Made by a program: the position numbers and the translations under genes. Source: the human T2T-CHM13v2.0 reference genome, Homo sapiens. Taken from it: DNA of 64,000 bases. The stretch lies in NCBI RefSeq assembly GCF_009914755.1, contig NC_060925.1. One strand, 5' to 3'. The stretch's first letter is position 1, and each line of letters begins with the position of its first letter. This document shows, one piece after another, positions 1 through 14,829 of the stretch. Under the pieces are notes generated by a model, which saw only the letters and a program-made list of their open reading frames with translations, was not told the origin of the DNA and made no database searches.

Positions 1-452
1 TGACAGTGGGGTGTTAAAGTCTCCCATTATTAATGTGTGGGAGTCTAAGTCTCTTTGTAGGTCACTGAGGACTTGCTTTATGAATCTGGGTGCTCCTGTA
101 TTGGGTGCATAAATATTTAGGATAGTTAGCTCCTCTTGTTGAATTGATCCCTTTACCATTATGTAATGGCCTTCTTTGTCTCTTTTGATCTTTGTTGGTT
201 TAAAGTCTGTTTTATCAGAGACTAGGATTGCAACCCCTGCCTTTTTTGTTTTCCATTGGCTTGGTAGATCTTCCTCCATCCTTTTATTTTGAGCCTATGT
301 GTGTCTCTGCACGTGAGATGGGTTTCCTGAATACAGCACACTGATGGGTCTTGACTCTTTATCCAACTTGCCAGTCTGTGTCTTTTAATTGCAGAATTTA
401 GTCCATTTATATTTAAAGTTAATATTGTTATGTGTGAATTTGATCCTGTCAT
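1..452 (-). pseudogene. L1 ORF2p endonuclease N-terminus, frameshifted at about codon 70
   Basis: MTGSNSHITILTLNINGLNSAIKRHRLASWIKSQDPSVCCIQETHL... matches ORF2p but ends KQKRQGLQS* rather than KQKKAGVAILV. The T-run at 242-247 has 6 nt where 7 are needed. ORF2 homology continues in the shifted frame to the window edge. Confidence 0.9.
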
Positions 453-515
453 TATGATGTTAGCTGGTGATTTTGCTCATTAGTTGATGCAGTTTCTTCC
501 TAGTCTCGATGGTCT

Positions 516-1532
516 TTACATTTTGGCATGATTTTGCAGTGGCTGGTACCGGTTGTTCCTTTCCATGTTTAGCGCTTCCTTCAGGAGCTCTTTTAGGGCA
601 GGCCTGGTGGTGACAAAATCTCTCAACATTTGCTTGTCTATAAAGTATTTTATTTCTCCTTCACTTATGAAGCTTAGTTTGGCTGGATATGAAATTCTGG
701 GTTGAAAATTCTTTTCTTTAAGAATGTTGAATATTGGCCCCCACTCTCTTCTGGCTTGTAGGGTTTCTGCCGAGAGATCCGCTGTTAGTCTGATGGGCTT
801 TCCTTTGAGGGTAACCCGACCTTTCTCTCTGGCTGCCCTTAACATTTTTTCCTTCATTTCAACTTTGGTGAATCTGACAATTATGTGTCTTGGAGTTGCT
901 CTTCTCGAGGAGTATCTTTGTGGCGTTCTCTGTATTTCCTGAATCTGAACGTTGGCCTGCCTTGCTAGATTGGGGATGTTCTCCTGGATAATATCCTGCA
1001 GAGTGTTTTCCAACTTGGTTCCATTCTCCACATCACTTTCAGGTACACCAATCAGACGTAGATTTGGTCTTTTCACATAGTCCCATATTTCTTGGAGGCT
1101 TTGCTCATTTCTTTTTATTCTTTTTTCTCTAAACTTCCCTTCTCGCTTCATTTCATTCATTTCATCTTCCATTGCTGATACCCTTTCTTCCAGTTGATCG
1201 CATCGGCTCCTGAGGCTTCTGCATTCTTCACGTAGTTCTCGAGCCTTGGTTTTCAGCTCCATCAGCTCCTTTAAGCACTTCTCTGTATTGGTTATTCTAG
1301 TTATACATTCTTCTAAATTTTTTTCAAAGTTTTCAACTTCTTTGCCTTTGGTTTGAATGTCCTCCCGTAGCTCAGAGTAATTTGATCGTCTGAAGCCTTC
1401 TTCTCTCAGCTCGTCAAAATCATTCTCCATCCGGCTTTGTTCTGTTGCTTGTGAGGAACTGCGTTCCTTTGGAGGAGGAGAGGCGCTCTGCGTTTTAGAG
1501 TTTCCAGTTTTTCTGTTCTGTTTTTTCCCCAT
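516..1532 (-). CDS. L1 ORF1p (338 aa RNA-binding chaperone: coiled coil, RRM, CTD), open
   Basis: ORF track MGKKQNRKTGNSKTQSASPPP...YQPLQNHAKM, full 338 aa, with REKG, ARR and YPAKLS motifs present. Confidence 0.97.
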   Translation of the reverse strand: MGKKQNRKTGNSKTQSASPPPKERSSSQATEQSRMENDFDELREEGFRRSNYSELREDIQTKGKEVENFEKNLEECITRITNTEKCLKELMELKTKARELREECRSLRSRCDQLEERVSAMEDEMNEMKREGKFREKRIKRNEQSLQEIWDYVKRPNLRLIGVPESDVENGTKLENTLQDIIQENIPNLARQANVQIQEIQRTPQRYSSRRATPRHIIVRFTKVEMKEKMLRAAREKGRVTLKGKPIRLTADLSAETLQARREWGPIFNILKEKNFQPRISYPAKLSFISEGEIKYFIDKQMLRDFVTTRPALKELLKEALNMERNNRYQPLQNHAKM

Positions 1533-2431
1533 CTTTGTGGTTTTATCTACTTTTGGTCTTTGATGATGGTGATGTACAGATGGGTTTTCGGTGTAGATGT
1601 CCTTTCTGGTTGTTAGTTTTCCTTCTAACAGACAGGACCCTCAGCTGCAGGTCTGTTGGAATACCCTGCCGTGTGAGGTGTCAGTGTGCCCCTGCTGGGG
1701 GGTGCCTCCCAGTTAGGCTGCTCGGGGGTCAGGAGTCAGGGACCCACTTGAGGAGGCAGTCTGCCCGTTCTCAGATCTCCAGCTGCGTGCTGGGAGAACC
1801 ACTGCTCTCTTCAAAGCTGTCAGACAGGGACACTTAAGTCTGCAGAGGTTACTGCTGTCTTTTTGTTTGTGCCCTGCCCCCAGAGGTGGAGCCTACAGAG
1901 GCAGGCAGGCCTCCTTGAGCTGTGGTGGGCTCCACCCAGTTCGAGCTTCCCGGCTGCTTTGTTTACCTAAGCAAGCCTGGGCAATGGCGGGCGCCCCTCC
2001 CCCAGCCTCGTTGCCGCCTTGCAGTTTGATCTCAGACTGCTGTGCTAGCAATCAGCGAGATTCCGTGGGCGTAGGACCCTCCGAGCCAGGTGTGGGATAT
2101 AGTCTCGAGGTGCGCCGTTTCTTAAGCCGGTCTGAAAAGCGCAATATTCGGGTGGGAGTGACCCGATTTTCCAGGTGCGTCCGTCACCCCTTTCTTTGAC
2201 TCGGAAAGGGAACTCCCTGACCCCTTGCGCTTCCCAGGTGAGGCAATGCCTCGCCCTGCTTCGGCTCGCGCACGGTGCGCACACACACTGGCCTGCGCCC
2301 ACTGTCTGGCACTCCCTAGTGAGATGAACCCGGTACCTCAGATGGAAATGCAGAAATCACCGTCTTCTGCGTCGCTCACGCTGGGAGCTGTAGACCGGAG
2401 CTGTTCCTATTCGGCCATCTTGGCTCCTCCC
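1533..2431. promoter_or_regulatory. L1 5'UTR CpG island with sense promoter (minus strand), antisense promoter (plus strand) and intact YY1 site
   Basis: CpG-rich sequence; YY1 motif GCCATCTTG at 2414-2422; architecture known for L1HS. Confidence 0.85.
1984..2199 (+). CDS. L1 ORF0 (71 aa antisense ORF in the 5'UTR)
   Basis: ATG at 1984 gives MAGAPPPASLPPCSLISDCCASNQRDSVGVGPSEPGVGYSLEVRRFLSRSEKRNIRVGVTRFSRCVRHPFL*. Internal donor-like sites CAG|GTGTGG (2090) and CAG|GTGCGT (2175). Confidence 0.9.
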   Translation: MAGAPPPASLPPCSLISDCCASNQRDSVGVGPSEPGVGYSLEVRRFLSRSEKRNIRVGVTRFSRCVRHPFL

Positions 2432-2435
2432 ACCT

Positions 2436-2569
2436 TGTTTTGTTTTTTGAGAGAGGGCTCTTGCTATGTTGCCCAGGGTGCTTTTGAACTCCTGGCCTAG
2501 CCTCAAGTTATCCTCCCACCTTGGCCTCTCAAAGTGTGGAATTACAGGCATGAACTACCAGGCCCAGCC
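2436..2569 (-). mobile_element. Alu monomer (FLAM-like); the L1 abuts its A-rich tail
   Basis: ttgctatgttgcccagg...gaactcctggcc...caaagtg.ggaattacaggcatga...cccagcc with a T-rich tail next to the L1 5' end. Confidence 0.8.
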
Positions 2570-4451
2570 AGTAGAGGAATTTTAATAAATAATTACCCAG
2601 TCCCAACTTTCAAAAATGCTGAGTTTGAGAAATCCTGCCCTAGAAAAATTTTAAGTGATTAGTAGTCACTTGTGACTAGTAGCTATTAACAGCCCTGATA
2701 ATAGAACATTTCTAATCGTCATTCTATCAGACAATTCTAGTCTAGAAGATTTTGAAGACTCTTTTTACCTCTGAGGTCCTAAGCAAAACAGTGAAATAAT
2801 AAAAAGAGCAAGATAGTAAGGATCAATCTTACTATCCTTACTAGATAGACAAAAAAGACAATGAAAAAAATAAGCAAAAAAAATAAAATAGAACTGCCTT
2901 TGAGGCATTAATTTCCGATTAAAGCCCTTAAACCTGCATAGTTCTTTACTGAAATAGAAAGCTCATATTTTGATTCTGCATTTATTGTTCCCACAAAAGT
3001 GTGGTATTTGGATCAAATGAACTATTGTCTCTCTGTGGGCACGTTGACAAACTAGATGCTGCTTTGTAATCTACTGCTGTGCATTACTTGTCTGACTAAT
3101 CCTGTGCTTCTTTCTTGTTATCCTGCTGTTATAGCTATAAATGCATAGTCTTACCTCTTTTCTTGGCAGACACTTTAGAGTGCAATAGAGAGTAAATGGG
3201 ATTTACATTTACTATTATCCCTTCAGCTTTAATAATGACTGGTTTTAATTCTCCCTTTGAGTACTGAAATAAAACACCTTCCTGCTCATACCACACCTGC
3301 ATCCAATCCTGGGCACCTGATTTCTGGAGAAAAATGAGATGTCTCTGGTATTTTAAAATATCCGAATAGCTTCCAGGCAGAACAGAAATGTTTTTAAAAA
3401 TTATCCAGTACTTAGAAATAAGAGAGGTGATTACTGAAGGTCCTTTCAGTGGAATGCTGGGCAGTTGTTTGATGGATACTCAATGAATTAAGTCTATAAG
3501 GTTGTGCACCTTTGATCGACTCTCTATTTGGAAGAGGTTAACTGGTGGAAAACCAATAGCAGTGCAAATGATTCTTGCCCATAGCAATGCAAATGGAATT
3601 TATCTATAGAGATATAATTGATTTTCCCCTGATAGAAAAGATAATTCTAAAATTTTCAATTTATCACCTTATAGGGTATTAACCAGTTTTGCACGTATTA
3701 GCATATTCACTTTAGTATTGACTGCCTTGACTACATAAATCTGTCTTTATATTTTCCTTCAAACTAGTTTTAACATCTTACTCTTTATTGACTAATGGGT
3801 GGAATAAAATCTTTGACACATTCATGTTATATTTCTATGAGAGTCATGCGTTTTAACTTTTTGAAAAGTATACTTAGAAGAAATCTAACTTGGTCAGGTA
3901 CTGCTCCTGGATTAAGTGCTCCTTAGTTGTGCCACGGGTGCCTCTTACCTCCCTAGCCTCACAGTAGTGCCAGCCTTGTCTTAACCCCCAACTTCTGATC
4001 AATTTTAGCCAATGGGAGGTACACAGGTTCAAGAGGGCAAGGGGAGAGTGGGGTTCTGGTATTTATTACTCCAGATTCCTCCGTGGGATTTTGCCTTGGA
4101 TGGGCAACATGCTGCTGTCTATTTTGGGATTCCTGTAATCTCTTCTTTTCTTCAGTTCGGTAGGCCTGGGGTGGTTGCTAGCTACATTATCTCTGTGGTT
4201 TTCTCACATAATGGCCCCTTATTAAATTCCACTTTTGTACCACCCGATTTCTGTTGCAAGTCCTGCAAATAGAATGGGCTGCTTTTAGAAAAGTGACTCT
4301 ACTCCATTCCAGGGGTGTTCAAGCCAAGGCTAGATGGTCAGAAGACACTAGTGCCATGAAGGAATTCTCTGCTCTGGGAGAAGGCAAAACTGTACAACTA
4401 TGATTTCTAAATATGGAGGCTGCAAAGCTCTACAAAAAGCTATCTTGCTTC

Positions 4452-4487
4452 TGTGTGTGTGTGTGTGTGTGTGCGCGCATGTGTGTT
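4452..4487. repeat. (TG)n/(CG)n alternating purine-pyrimidine microsatellite
   Basis: tgtgtg...gtgcgcgcatgtgtgt. Confidence 0.9.
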
Positions 4488-4654
4488 GTTTGCAGGAGTG
4501 ATGGGGATTGGGAAAGAGAAATGTCAGAAAGGAGAAACATATTGTCGTGTTACCATATATGTAGCCAAGGGAGGTTTGTTGATGGTCTGGAAGAGACATC
4601 TAGGTTAGTAAAAGAGAGGGCTGAAAATGAGGGAGAGATTTTGCTGGATTAAAT

Positions 4655-5439
<785 letters not shown>

Positions 5440-5730
5440 AAATGTGTCAAAATTGGTGAATGTTTAGGTCTGCTTTTAAAACATGTGACTACCTAACTGT
5501 GTGCTCCGAGTAAGAGTATACTAGTCTTGTGTTCAGGTATAGATTTAACTTGGATATGCTAAGAAGTTAGTACTCTATGTAACAGAAAAAAGTTTCCGGA
5601 TGTGCTGCCTATAGTATGATCAAGATGGTGAAATGTCATCTCAGATTTAACTGTGCAATATTCTCATAAAAGGCCTTCTTTGTGGTAGAGAACCCATGTT
5701 AAATTTCAGTCCCCATGCTAGAACAAGTAG

Positions 5731-6067
<337 letters not shown>

Positions 6068-7333
6068 TGCTTTAAGAGCTGGTGTAGGTATGGAAATGTG
6101 TGAGGCTGGCCCAGGTTACCAGAATCTCAGTTCCAGGAAAGTGTGGCTCAGCAAGGAAGGGAAGATTGATGACTTGTAAACAGTTTGAATTACTCTAGTG
6201 GTTCTCCCTGCCACCCATCCACACTCACTGTGGGCTAGTACCTGTGTCAGATGCTGGGGATCCAAAAATCACTAGTAAGACATAGATCTGCCCTACAAGA
6301 CTTTCCCACCTCTGACAATATCAACTGAGTGATCTTTTAAATCTTAAATATTATGTAATGAAATCAATATATTTGACAAGAGGCCTTTTGGGAAAGCACA
6401 TTGGAAGATATGTGTTGGGGCTTGAGGGGACTAAAAAATAATGCCTGTCTTCACCACCCAAATTTGAAAGCAATTGATAGTTGCAGCAGGTAGGTTGATG
6501 GCAATTATAACATAGTTACATGTTTGCACAGCATGGCTTAGGTTCAAAGATGAATGGACTTGTTTAGGACACTGTTCTTCCTCCCAATCTCCAAGTATGG
6601 CATTGCTCATCCAGTTGGAGATTCAGTAGACCATTTGAGTCTACCAAATGCACACATCAACCAAGGAATGCTGTTCCCTCTAAACTGGGACAAAAAGGGA
6701 AGAAAGTAATCAATTGTCTAGTGCTTACAATCTTTTAATAAAGTAGTCTTACAGTTCAGAAACGGGCTAACTGCTGTCACCCCAAATCAGATTTCACACT
6801 CATCAGTGGGGAAAAGTAAGTAATAGATGGGGTGGAGGTTATGAGTGTTTTTACAGATAAAACTTTCTTCCAATGAGAAACAAGAGGAGTGGGGAAATAA
6901 ATGTTCATTCTAATTTTCCCCTACCTTTTGATCTTAATCATTAAGTTTATGGTCAATCAGGGTCTATCTATCACCCCTTGGAAATGAGATAAGCAGCTAC
7001 GAGGGAAGTCTCGCTCCTACCTTTTGAGATTGCTTCAGTACTGTGCCTTTTTGCCTTCTCCTAGGAGTGAATAACGCTTGGTAAAGAGCGTTAATTTTGT
7101 AGCCAGAAGTTCTTATTTCAGATAAATACATTTTAATCATCATATTAATTAACTCCAAGACCATTATGTGTCAAGATAAAAACATTTGGCTGCTAGGTTC
7201 TTTACATGGGTTATTATTTTTTCTAGTTGGCTCAGGGAAGTTCAGCTCTGTTTATTGTAGTACCTTAGTGACCACAGTTCTATAAGGGGTGGAAGGCAAA
7301 TGCCTTGCCCACTGTGGGCTGGCACTATAAAAA

Positions 7334-7740
7334 TGTTAAAAGAAAAACTTTAGACAAATTAAATTTCACAGTTTATCTGAACAAAGAACAACTCATGAAT
7401 TGGGCAGCACTCAGAACCAGAAGAGGTACGAAGGATTCTGCTTAGCATTGTTAGTAGGAAGCTTTTATAGGCTGAACACAGAAGCAAAATAGAGAAATCA
7501 CCTGATTGGCTACAGCTAAGTGTCTGCCTTATTTGGGCTTGGTGTGATGAGTTGGCTGCCTATGATTGGCAGAAACCTGGCTGAAATCTGGCTGCTTGTG
7601 ATCAGATGAAACTCAACTATTTATTATACTCCTAAGTTTCAGTTTGCTTATGTATGAAATTAGGTTGCAGTTTGTTATATAAAAACTCAAAGTACAGAGA
7701 CAACCTCAGGCAAATGGCCTCCTGCTTATTTAATTTAACA
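7334..7740 (-). mobile_element. ERV1 solo LTR, MER57-family-like
   Basis: TGTTAAAAGAAAAACTTTAGACAAATT...TTAATTTAACA termini with repeated GATTGG (CCAAT) boxes; subfamily from memory. Confidence 0.65.
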
Positions 7741-8376
7741 GAAGTAAGCAGACCACAGTTCCCCGATGAGGCATTTGAAAGAAAATTCATGGATCTCTGG
7801 TTTCCCAGCTATCTTATAGATAGACATAGTGGCTCCTTTTTGGCGTCCTAGGGGCCAATAAGACCAGGAGCATTTACAGAGGGACAAAGACAACCTTTAC
7901 CTAGAGTAATCCACAGATCCCAACTAGTCCAGGAAACAGCACAAACTCCATCCTCTCCCTGGAACAGAGACTGGCCTCCAAGGCCATACTCAGATCTCAG
8001 TATCAGAATACAAGCCAAGTCTGGCCTTGCACTCTGCTGCTTGAAGACCCTAGTAGCTGTTTAGTTTAGGAGATGACAGATTAAAGCTGGAGTAGAGCTT
8101 AGGTTGTCATCTTCTCAGAATCCACTGCTCCTTGTTCTTGAGCTGCTTTAATGGAGAATCCTTAGCCAAATGTAATTTTAAAGTTAATTTAGTGCCTTCT
8201 TAAAGGATAAAGCTCACAAGCTCCAGCAGAAACTCCCAAAAATAACTAACACAGAAATTCTCAGTAGTAGTTTCAGCCCACCTTGGGTTAAAATCTGAAT
8301 ACTGTAGTTTTTAGCATTTAATTTAGAAGAGATTGGAGTGAGAGACTTTTGGGAGTATCTTTTTAGAAATTACACT

Positions 8377-8667
8377 GGCTGGGCGTGGTGGCTCACTCCT
8401 GTAATCCTAGCTCTTTGGGAGGCCAAGGTGGGTGGATCACTTGAGGCCAACATGGTAAAAGCCCCGTCTCAACTAAAAATGCAAAAATTAGCCAGGCGTG
8501 GTGGCACACACCTGGTGTGTGCAACTTGGGAGACTGAGGCAGGAGAATGGCTTGAACCCGGGATGCAGAGGTTGCAGTGAGCCGAGATCGCGCTGCTGCT
8601 GCTCTCCAGCCTGGGTGACAGAGCGAGACTCCATCTCAAAAAAGAAAAAAAAAAAAAGAAAGAAAAG
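8377..8667 (+). mobile_element. Alu with an internal ~20-bp deletion in the left arm
   Basis: ggctgggcgtggtggctca...ttgaggccaacatgg (the ggagttcgagaccagcct segment is missing)...A tail. Confidence 0.9.
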
Positions 8668-9701
8668 AAGTCACATTTACATTAAGAGCAGGCTTACAGG
8701 GAAAGGGAGGGAGTAGAAAGGAAATTTCTATTGAATGCTACAAGGCTCAAAGTACTAGATGCTATTTTATTTAATCCTGAGAATAGCAGTGTAATAAATT
8801 ATTGTTGTCTCCATTTTAAGGTGGAGATACAATTTAACTGAAGTGCAGATAATTTACATTATTTGCCCCAATTTGCTCCTATCTGCCCTATTCCAAGGCC
8901 CAAACTTGCTTCTCTGATACTAAGTATCAACAGAAACTACCATCATGACTAGTACTAATATTAGGTATATTTTCTAATTCTTGTTATTCTGATCGTTAGC
9001 GCTTAAAAAGAGTTTGTGTTTTATGTTCTAAGTTGGCAATGTAGTTAGGGAAGCTGTTCTGCTTTGCAGTAAGTCTGGATGGAGGGAAAACAGGGGGAGA
9101 CCATATAACAGCAACCAGAAAAGAATGAAGGGGAAAAGAGAAAGACAGCTTCATGACTTGGAGCTGCAGCAGCTTCTCCTTTTCCCAGGCAGCAACTGGA
9201 AGCAAGGGAACCTGGTATGCCCCTTCCCTACCTCCTACAGACCCGAGCCCAACACCTTATCTCAAAGCTTTTCTCTCTTTCTCTTCTCTCATTCACACAA
9301 TCTCCAGGTACATCTCTCTTCCTCCATCTCCATTTTTCTCTCCTTGTCATTCTTTTTGAGAGTCCAAACCTCCCTCTCGTTGTAAAGATGCTCCTGAGTG
9401 GTATTGATGATTATGCACAATAAAGAAAATCTCCAGTCTGAAGTAGAAGCAGAGGAACCTAAACCAGTTTACCTCCTCACCCTTAAATGTTCCAAAAGAA
9501 CCCCGAAAGCCTTTTCTTAACTTAAATGCATTTAATTTAATCTGTTTCTCTTCAAGTAGTAACAGTCAAGATTGAAAAATTCTTTCCTTACTCAGTTTTC
9601 TCTATTAGTTATTGGAATTACAAAATTATTGCTTTTTACGATTTTCACATAAGCTCTATGGGATAAAATTTTAAGTAAGCTTTTGTTAGTTAATTTTGGA
9701 A

Positions 9702-9707
9702 TTTATT
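9702..9707 (-). terminator. C1orf141: Polyadenylation signal AATAAA for C1orf141 (a second candidate lies at 9928-9933)
   Basis: TTTATT on the plus strand, about 820 nt downstream of the stop codon in an AU-rich 3'UTR. Confidence 0.6.
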
Positions 9708-10520
9708 ACTTCCAAGATTATTTTTATGTGAAATACATTTCTGAATTCCAAACAAATGGATTACAAATAAACTTTCAAAATGCAACTTGTTTCTAAGTGG
9801 AATTCTGCCTTTAAACTGTTTGGGTTAATGAGAAACAGTAAAATAGCAATGTAATAATATACCTTAAAATGTTTAATACCTTATAGGATTTGCTACCAAA
9901 ATTATTTAGATTAAGGATAGTTATTCTTTTATTTAACAATTTAGAAAAAAGTTAAAGTTTGCAAAAACATTATATAATAATGAAGTTCCAACAGCTACTA
10001 ATGACAATAAAATCTATTCAAAGTTTTACAAAGCCCTTTTAATTGCATAAATTGCTAATGTAATACTATTGATGATGATTTGCTGAAATGCTGGTATACA
10101 ATTAACTCCACAGTCATTAAATTAATGGTAATTTGTCTTATTTGATATTCAATTATAGAACAAGAGTATTGATGTTATTTGGCTTCCAACAGCGCATTTC
10201 CAGAGTCAGACTATGCCTTTCTTGGTCCTGAATCAGAGTTTAGTATAGGAAGGCTGATGATTGAGCAATCTAATTGAGATAATAGAAAGTCATGAACTAG
10301 ATCCTCTTGGTGATAATTATTTCCTAATTTTGTCCTACTATTTTCTAAAAATGTTGATTGTTCTTGAACAGACCACTGCTGACTTATAATTCTAATGTCT
10401 ATGCTTTGCTTTCTTATATGATCAATTAGAACATTACTATTTGGATAAGAATTTCTTTTATAATTTTGGAACTTGGATATTTGCTTCTTGTTACTCAAAT
10501 ATTGCTGCATACATAATATT

Positions 10521-11147
<627 letters not shown>

Positions 11148-12334
11148 TCATAAGTTCATTGAGTCAAGAAAGCTCCATATATTTTAAAACATGTAAATAA
11201 AATTGTAAAATATTCTAAAAATGACTACATACAAATATTTAATATGAACAGTAGCATTATTCAAATACATGAAAATACTGTACTTGTATGTAACATACAT
11301 CCTTCTTATCTTAATATTCTATAGAGATGTTAGTGATAAAACTTGAACTTTTGGCCTTAAATGTTTTTTGAAATAAATTGGAATACGAAAAAATTAATAT
11401 ATTTGTTAAATATCTGGGGTACTGTCATTGAGAAATAAGGTGGTTGTTCTGGCATTTCTTAGGTTTCCATGTTCTAGAAATTAAAAAGCATACCAAAAAA
11501 TGGATTGAGTCAAAGTTCAGAAGAGACATAACTGATTACAAGCCAAAATTACAAATCTGGATATTCTAGTAAGTAATTCAAAAAATTAAAAATTATCTCT
11601 ACAACTGTTATTATTGTACCCTAATACTTAGCACAATACCTGACACCTAAAAAGTGCTCAATATATATTTGTGGAATAAAATAGCCAAAGTAATAGATTG
11701 ACTTAAGAATAGACATTTTTATCGCAGTAATATCCAAGTCTGCTATGATTACTGAAAAGATGACAAAGATCTAGTTTTGCAATCCACTGGTGATGCCAAT
11801 ATTACCTATTTAGCCATAGTAATGGATGTTTGTAATGCTTTTGGTCTGTCCAACACCTTAGGGAATTTTCCACTTGACAAGTCTATGTACCCTTAGGTAG
11901 AGGCAAGAACCATGTTTATCAGCTTCTTTGCGGTTAGGACATAGGCATTTGCCCTAGGCTCTGCCATTCAGATACACCTATGAAGTCTTCAGTTCAGAGA
12001 AAGCAAGCACTGTGAAAAAGTATTGGGAAAACTATTCTAGTGAGGGTGGTAGGAGTTACATCTAGCTTTGAATGACAGCAGTAGCAAATGTCTTAGAGTA
12101 TTCCCTGCTCAGCATCAGAGTTGTAAACTTTTATCTGTGACAATAGCATGGGCCTCAGTGGAGCAGTCTGGGGCTATATAATTAGGTGATTCCTGACTAG
12201 ACAGCTTTCGAGCCATATTGCCTCTCTAGAGAGCATGAGTTACTAAATAGCCTTTAATAAATGCACTTTCTGGTTGAAAAAGCCAAAACAGATTGTTAGA
12301 AAAATTGACACATGGTCATGGTCCCATCATTTTA

Positions 12335-12455
12335 GAACTGGGGTCTTGTTATATTGCTCAGGCTGGATTCAAATGCCTGGGCTCAAGCAGTTCCCCTGCC
12401 TCAGACTCCAGAGTAGCGGGGATTACAGGTGCACACCACTGCATTCTGCTAGATT
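12335..12455 (-). mobile_element. Alu monomer (FLAM-like)
   Basis: ggggtcttgttatattgctcaggctgg...gggattacaggtgcacaccac. Confidence 0.75.
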
Positions 12456-12723
12456 GGTACAGCCATTTTTAAAAAATTCTTTTTATTCTACAGTTCTATT
12501 ATAATCAAGCAAATTTGATAAAGGCTTCTTCATAAAGAAAAACACTGAATTTTCAGCTGGTATAAAGGAATCCCTGGTTTGGGAGTTGTGCAAAGTGCAT
12601 TAAGAACTTAAGTGCTGTTATCACTTTGGAATATGAAACCAAGAGGTAAAAAGGATTTATCAAAGATTCTGGTCACTAAAATATATGGGTGATTCCCATA
12701 AGTCTTATGACTACACATATTTA

Positions 12724-12954
<231 letters not shown>

Positions 12955-13766
12955 TCAGGGTAGTGTTCATGGGGCTGATTACAGCTTGTCAGTTCTTGTC
13001 TGCCTCCTTTTATCCCTGGAAGTCACTGCCAACTTCTGCACCAACCTCTCTCCCACAGACTTTTCAAACCGACAAGATCATCCCGTCCTGCCTGGTTTGT
13101 GGGAGAAAACAGCAAGAGTAGGAGTGGAAGCAAGAGAGTCATATATATGCCTCTTTGGATTTTGAGTGGGGACGAGTTGTATTATTACGTAGGTTGAGGA
13201 GAACACCAAAGGTAGAGAGGTATTTGCAACGTCCTATGTTGAAATTCTGGAAGAAGCTCCACAGGGCAGCTTCATGCCAACATAGGGTGGCCCCAGCTTT
13301 GTTAAGAGGATAGAATAGTGTGGTCAGGCAGAGACAGGATATAATTTTTAAACTGAGTTAAACCTAAAGTGCTTGTTCATTATTGATTCAAACAAAGTTT
13401 GAAACACACTGGATTAATGATTTTTTTCATTATACAGAGATGGAAGGGTTCATGAGAAAAATGAGAACTTTATCCAAAGAAAAGCTACTTTTTCATGTCC
13501 ATGTTGTCATGTAAGTAAATGTGTGTATTTACTAAAAAAAAAAATTGTATTCCCTCTATTCATTTTTCCATGCCTTTCTCTCCATTTAACAATACTCAAG
13601 GTCTGGATGTGATATCTAGTGGCTAAGCAGTCTTGGACCATTCATTGGATTGTGCTGTGGAACTAAATAATAAGGCAGAATAAATTTATTCCTGTCAATT
13701 ATAAAATGTGTCCTACTAGAAACATCATTAAACAGAACAAAGTATTAAGCATTTTAAAATAAATTA

Positions 13767-13856
<90 letters not shown>

Positions 13857-14596
13857 TCATAAAAGACACATAGATATTCTGACATTTAGGAAAATATCTT
13901 GCACAAAATATTTTACAATTTAAAATAACATATGGAAAGTACCTAGTATAGTGCCTGGTCTGTAGTAGCTACCCAGTAAATATTTCTTGAATGAACTAGA
14001 TAGAACTGGAAAAGACTGAGATCGAAGCCCTAGTATTTGGCTAAAACAGATCAAACATAAAAGTGGTCTTGGAGATTTTTTTGTGGAAGAAAGACATCCC
14101 TAAATTTTCAAATCTTTCTGATATGTGGAGCCATTATTAACCAGTAGGAAGCTTCAGACGGTTATCACTTGGTAGGCAGGGAAGACAGTTTGCAGATATC
14201 AAACAGATCTTGCCATGCGGCATGAAGTAAGCATCATCCAAGGTTGATCTCTTCCAAATATGTCTGGTGGCCACTCCAGCATTTTTCTAGATACACATGC
14301 TATTAGTAACAGTTTTAGCTTTTACCTTGTCCTCAAGTAGTTTATATTCTAGTGCAGTACTTCCCAGTCTTTCCCATATAATGGCAAGCATACTAATTAA
14401 TATTATTTGTACAGTATACTGGAATAAATGCTTGAGTCTGGGCAGGCTACCACAGGGCCAACTGAGCAGCCTTGATGGCTAAGGAATCAATATTTCAGCA
14501 CACCTATAACCCCCTCCAAGCACAACAGGTTACCACAGTACTATTTGGGAAGCTCTGTTCTAGAGGGAGGAAATGGTCAATAAACAAGTAAACAAG

Positions 14597-14760
14597 GGGC
14601 ATGGTGGTGCGCCCCTGTAATCCCAGCTACTCAGGAGGCTGAAGTGGGAGGACTGCTTAAGGCCAGGAGTTTGAGGCCAGCTGGGGCAGTATACTAAGAC
14701 CCCCATCTCAAAAAAACAAAAACAAAAACAAACAAAAAAAACCCGACAACAACAAAAACA
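14597..14760 (+). mobile_element. Alu monomer (FLAM-like) with A/C-rich tail
   Basis: gggcatggtggtgcgcccctgtaatcccagctactc...gaccccatctcaaaa. Confidence 0.8.
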
Positions 14761-14829
14761 AGTAAACCAACCAACAAATAAATGTATAATATAATTTCGA
14801 ATAATTTGGAAGTATTTGCAGCATTCAAG

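Larger units (their letters stand above)
1..2431 (-). mobile_element. LINE-1 L1HS (Ta-1d-like), 5' part of a probably full-length element: 5'UTR, ORF1, start of ORF2; continues beyond the left edge
   Basis: The minus strand begins GGGAGGAGCCAAGATGGCCGAATAGGAACAGCTCCGG, the canonical L1HS 5' end. It reads GAAGACGGTGATTTC (the one-G-shorter form I associate with Ta-1d). ORF1 and the ORF2 N-terminus match active-type L1 proteins. Confidence 0.97.

Noticed and set aside
724-2551. Other ORFs overlapping the L1 (724..942, 1535..1837, 2045..2302, 2225..2500, 2357..2551) and the TTG-extended 110-aa ORF0 frame
   Set aside because: Alternative-frame by-products of L1 sequence; only ORF1, ORF2 and ATG-initiated ORF0 are supported
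14100-14300. GC-balanced non-repeat-looking stretch near a coding exon
   Set aside because: No convincing splice-site pair or recognisable peptide; may be an unrecognised old repeat
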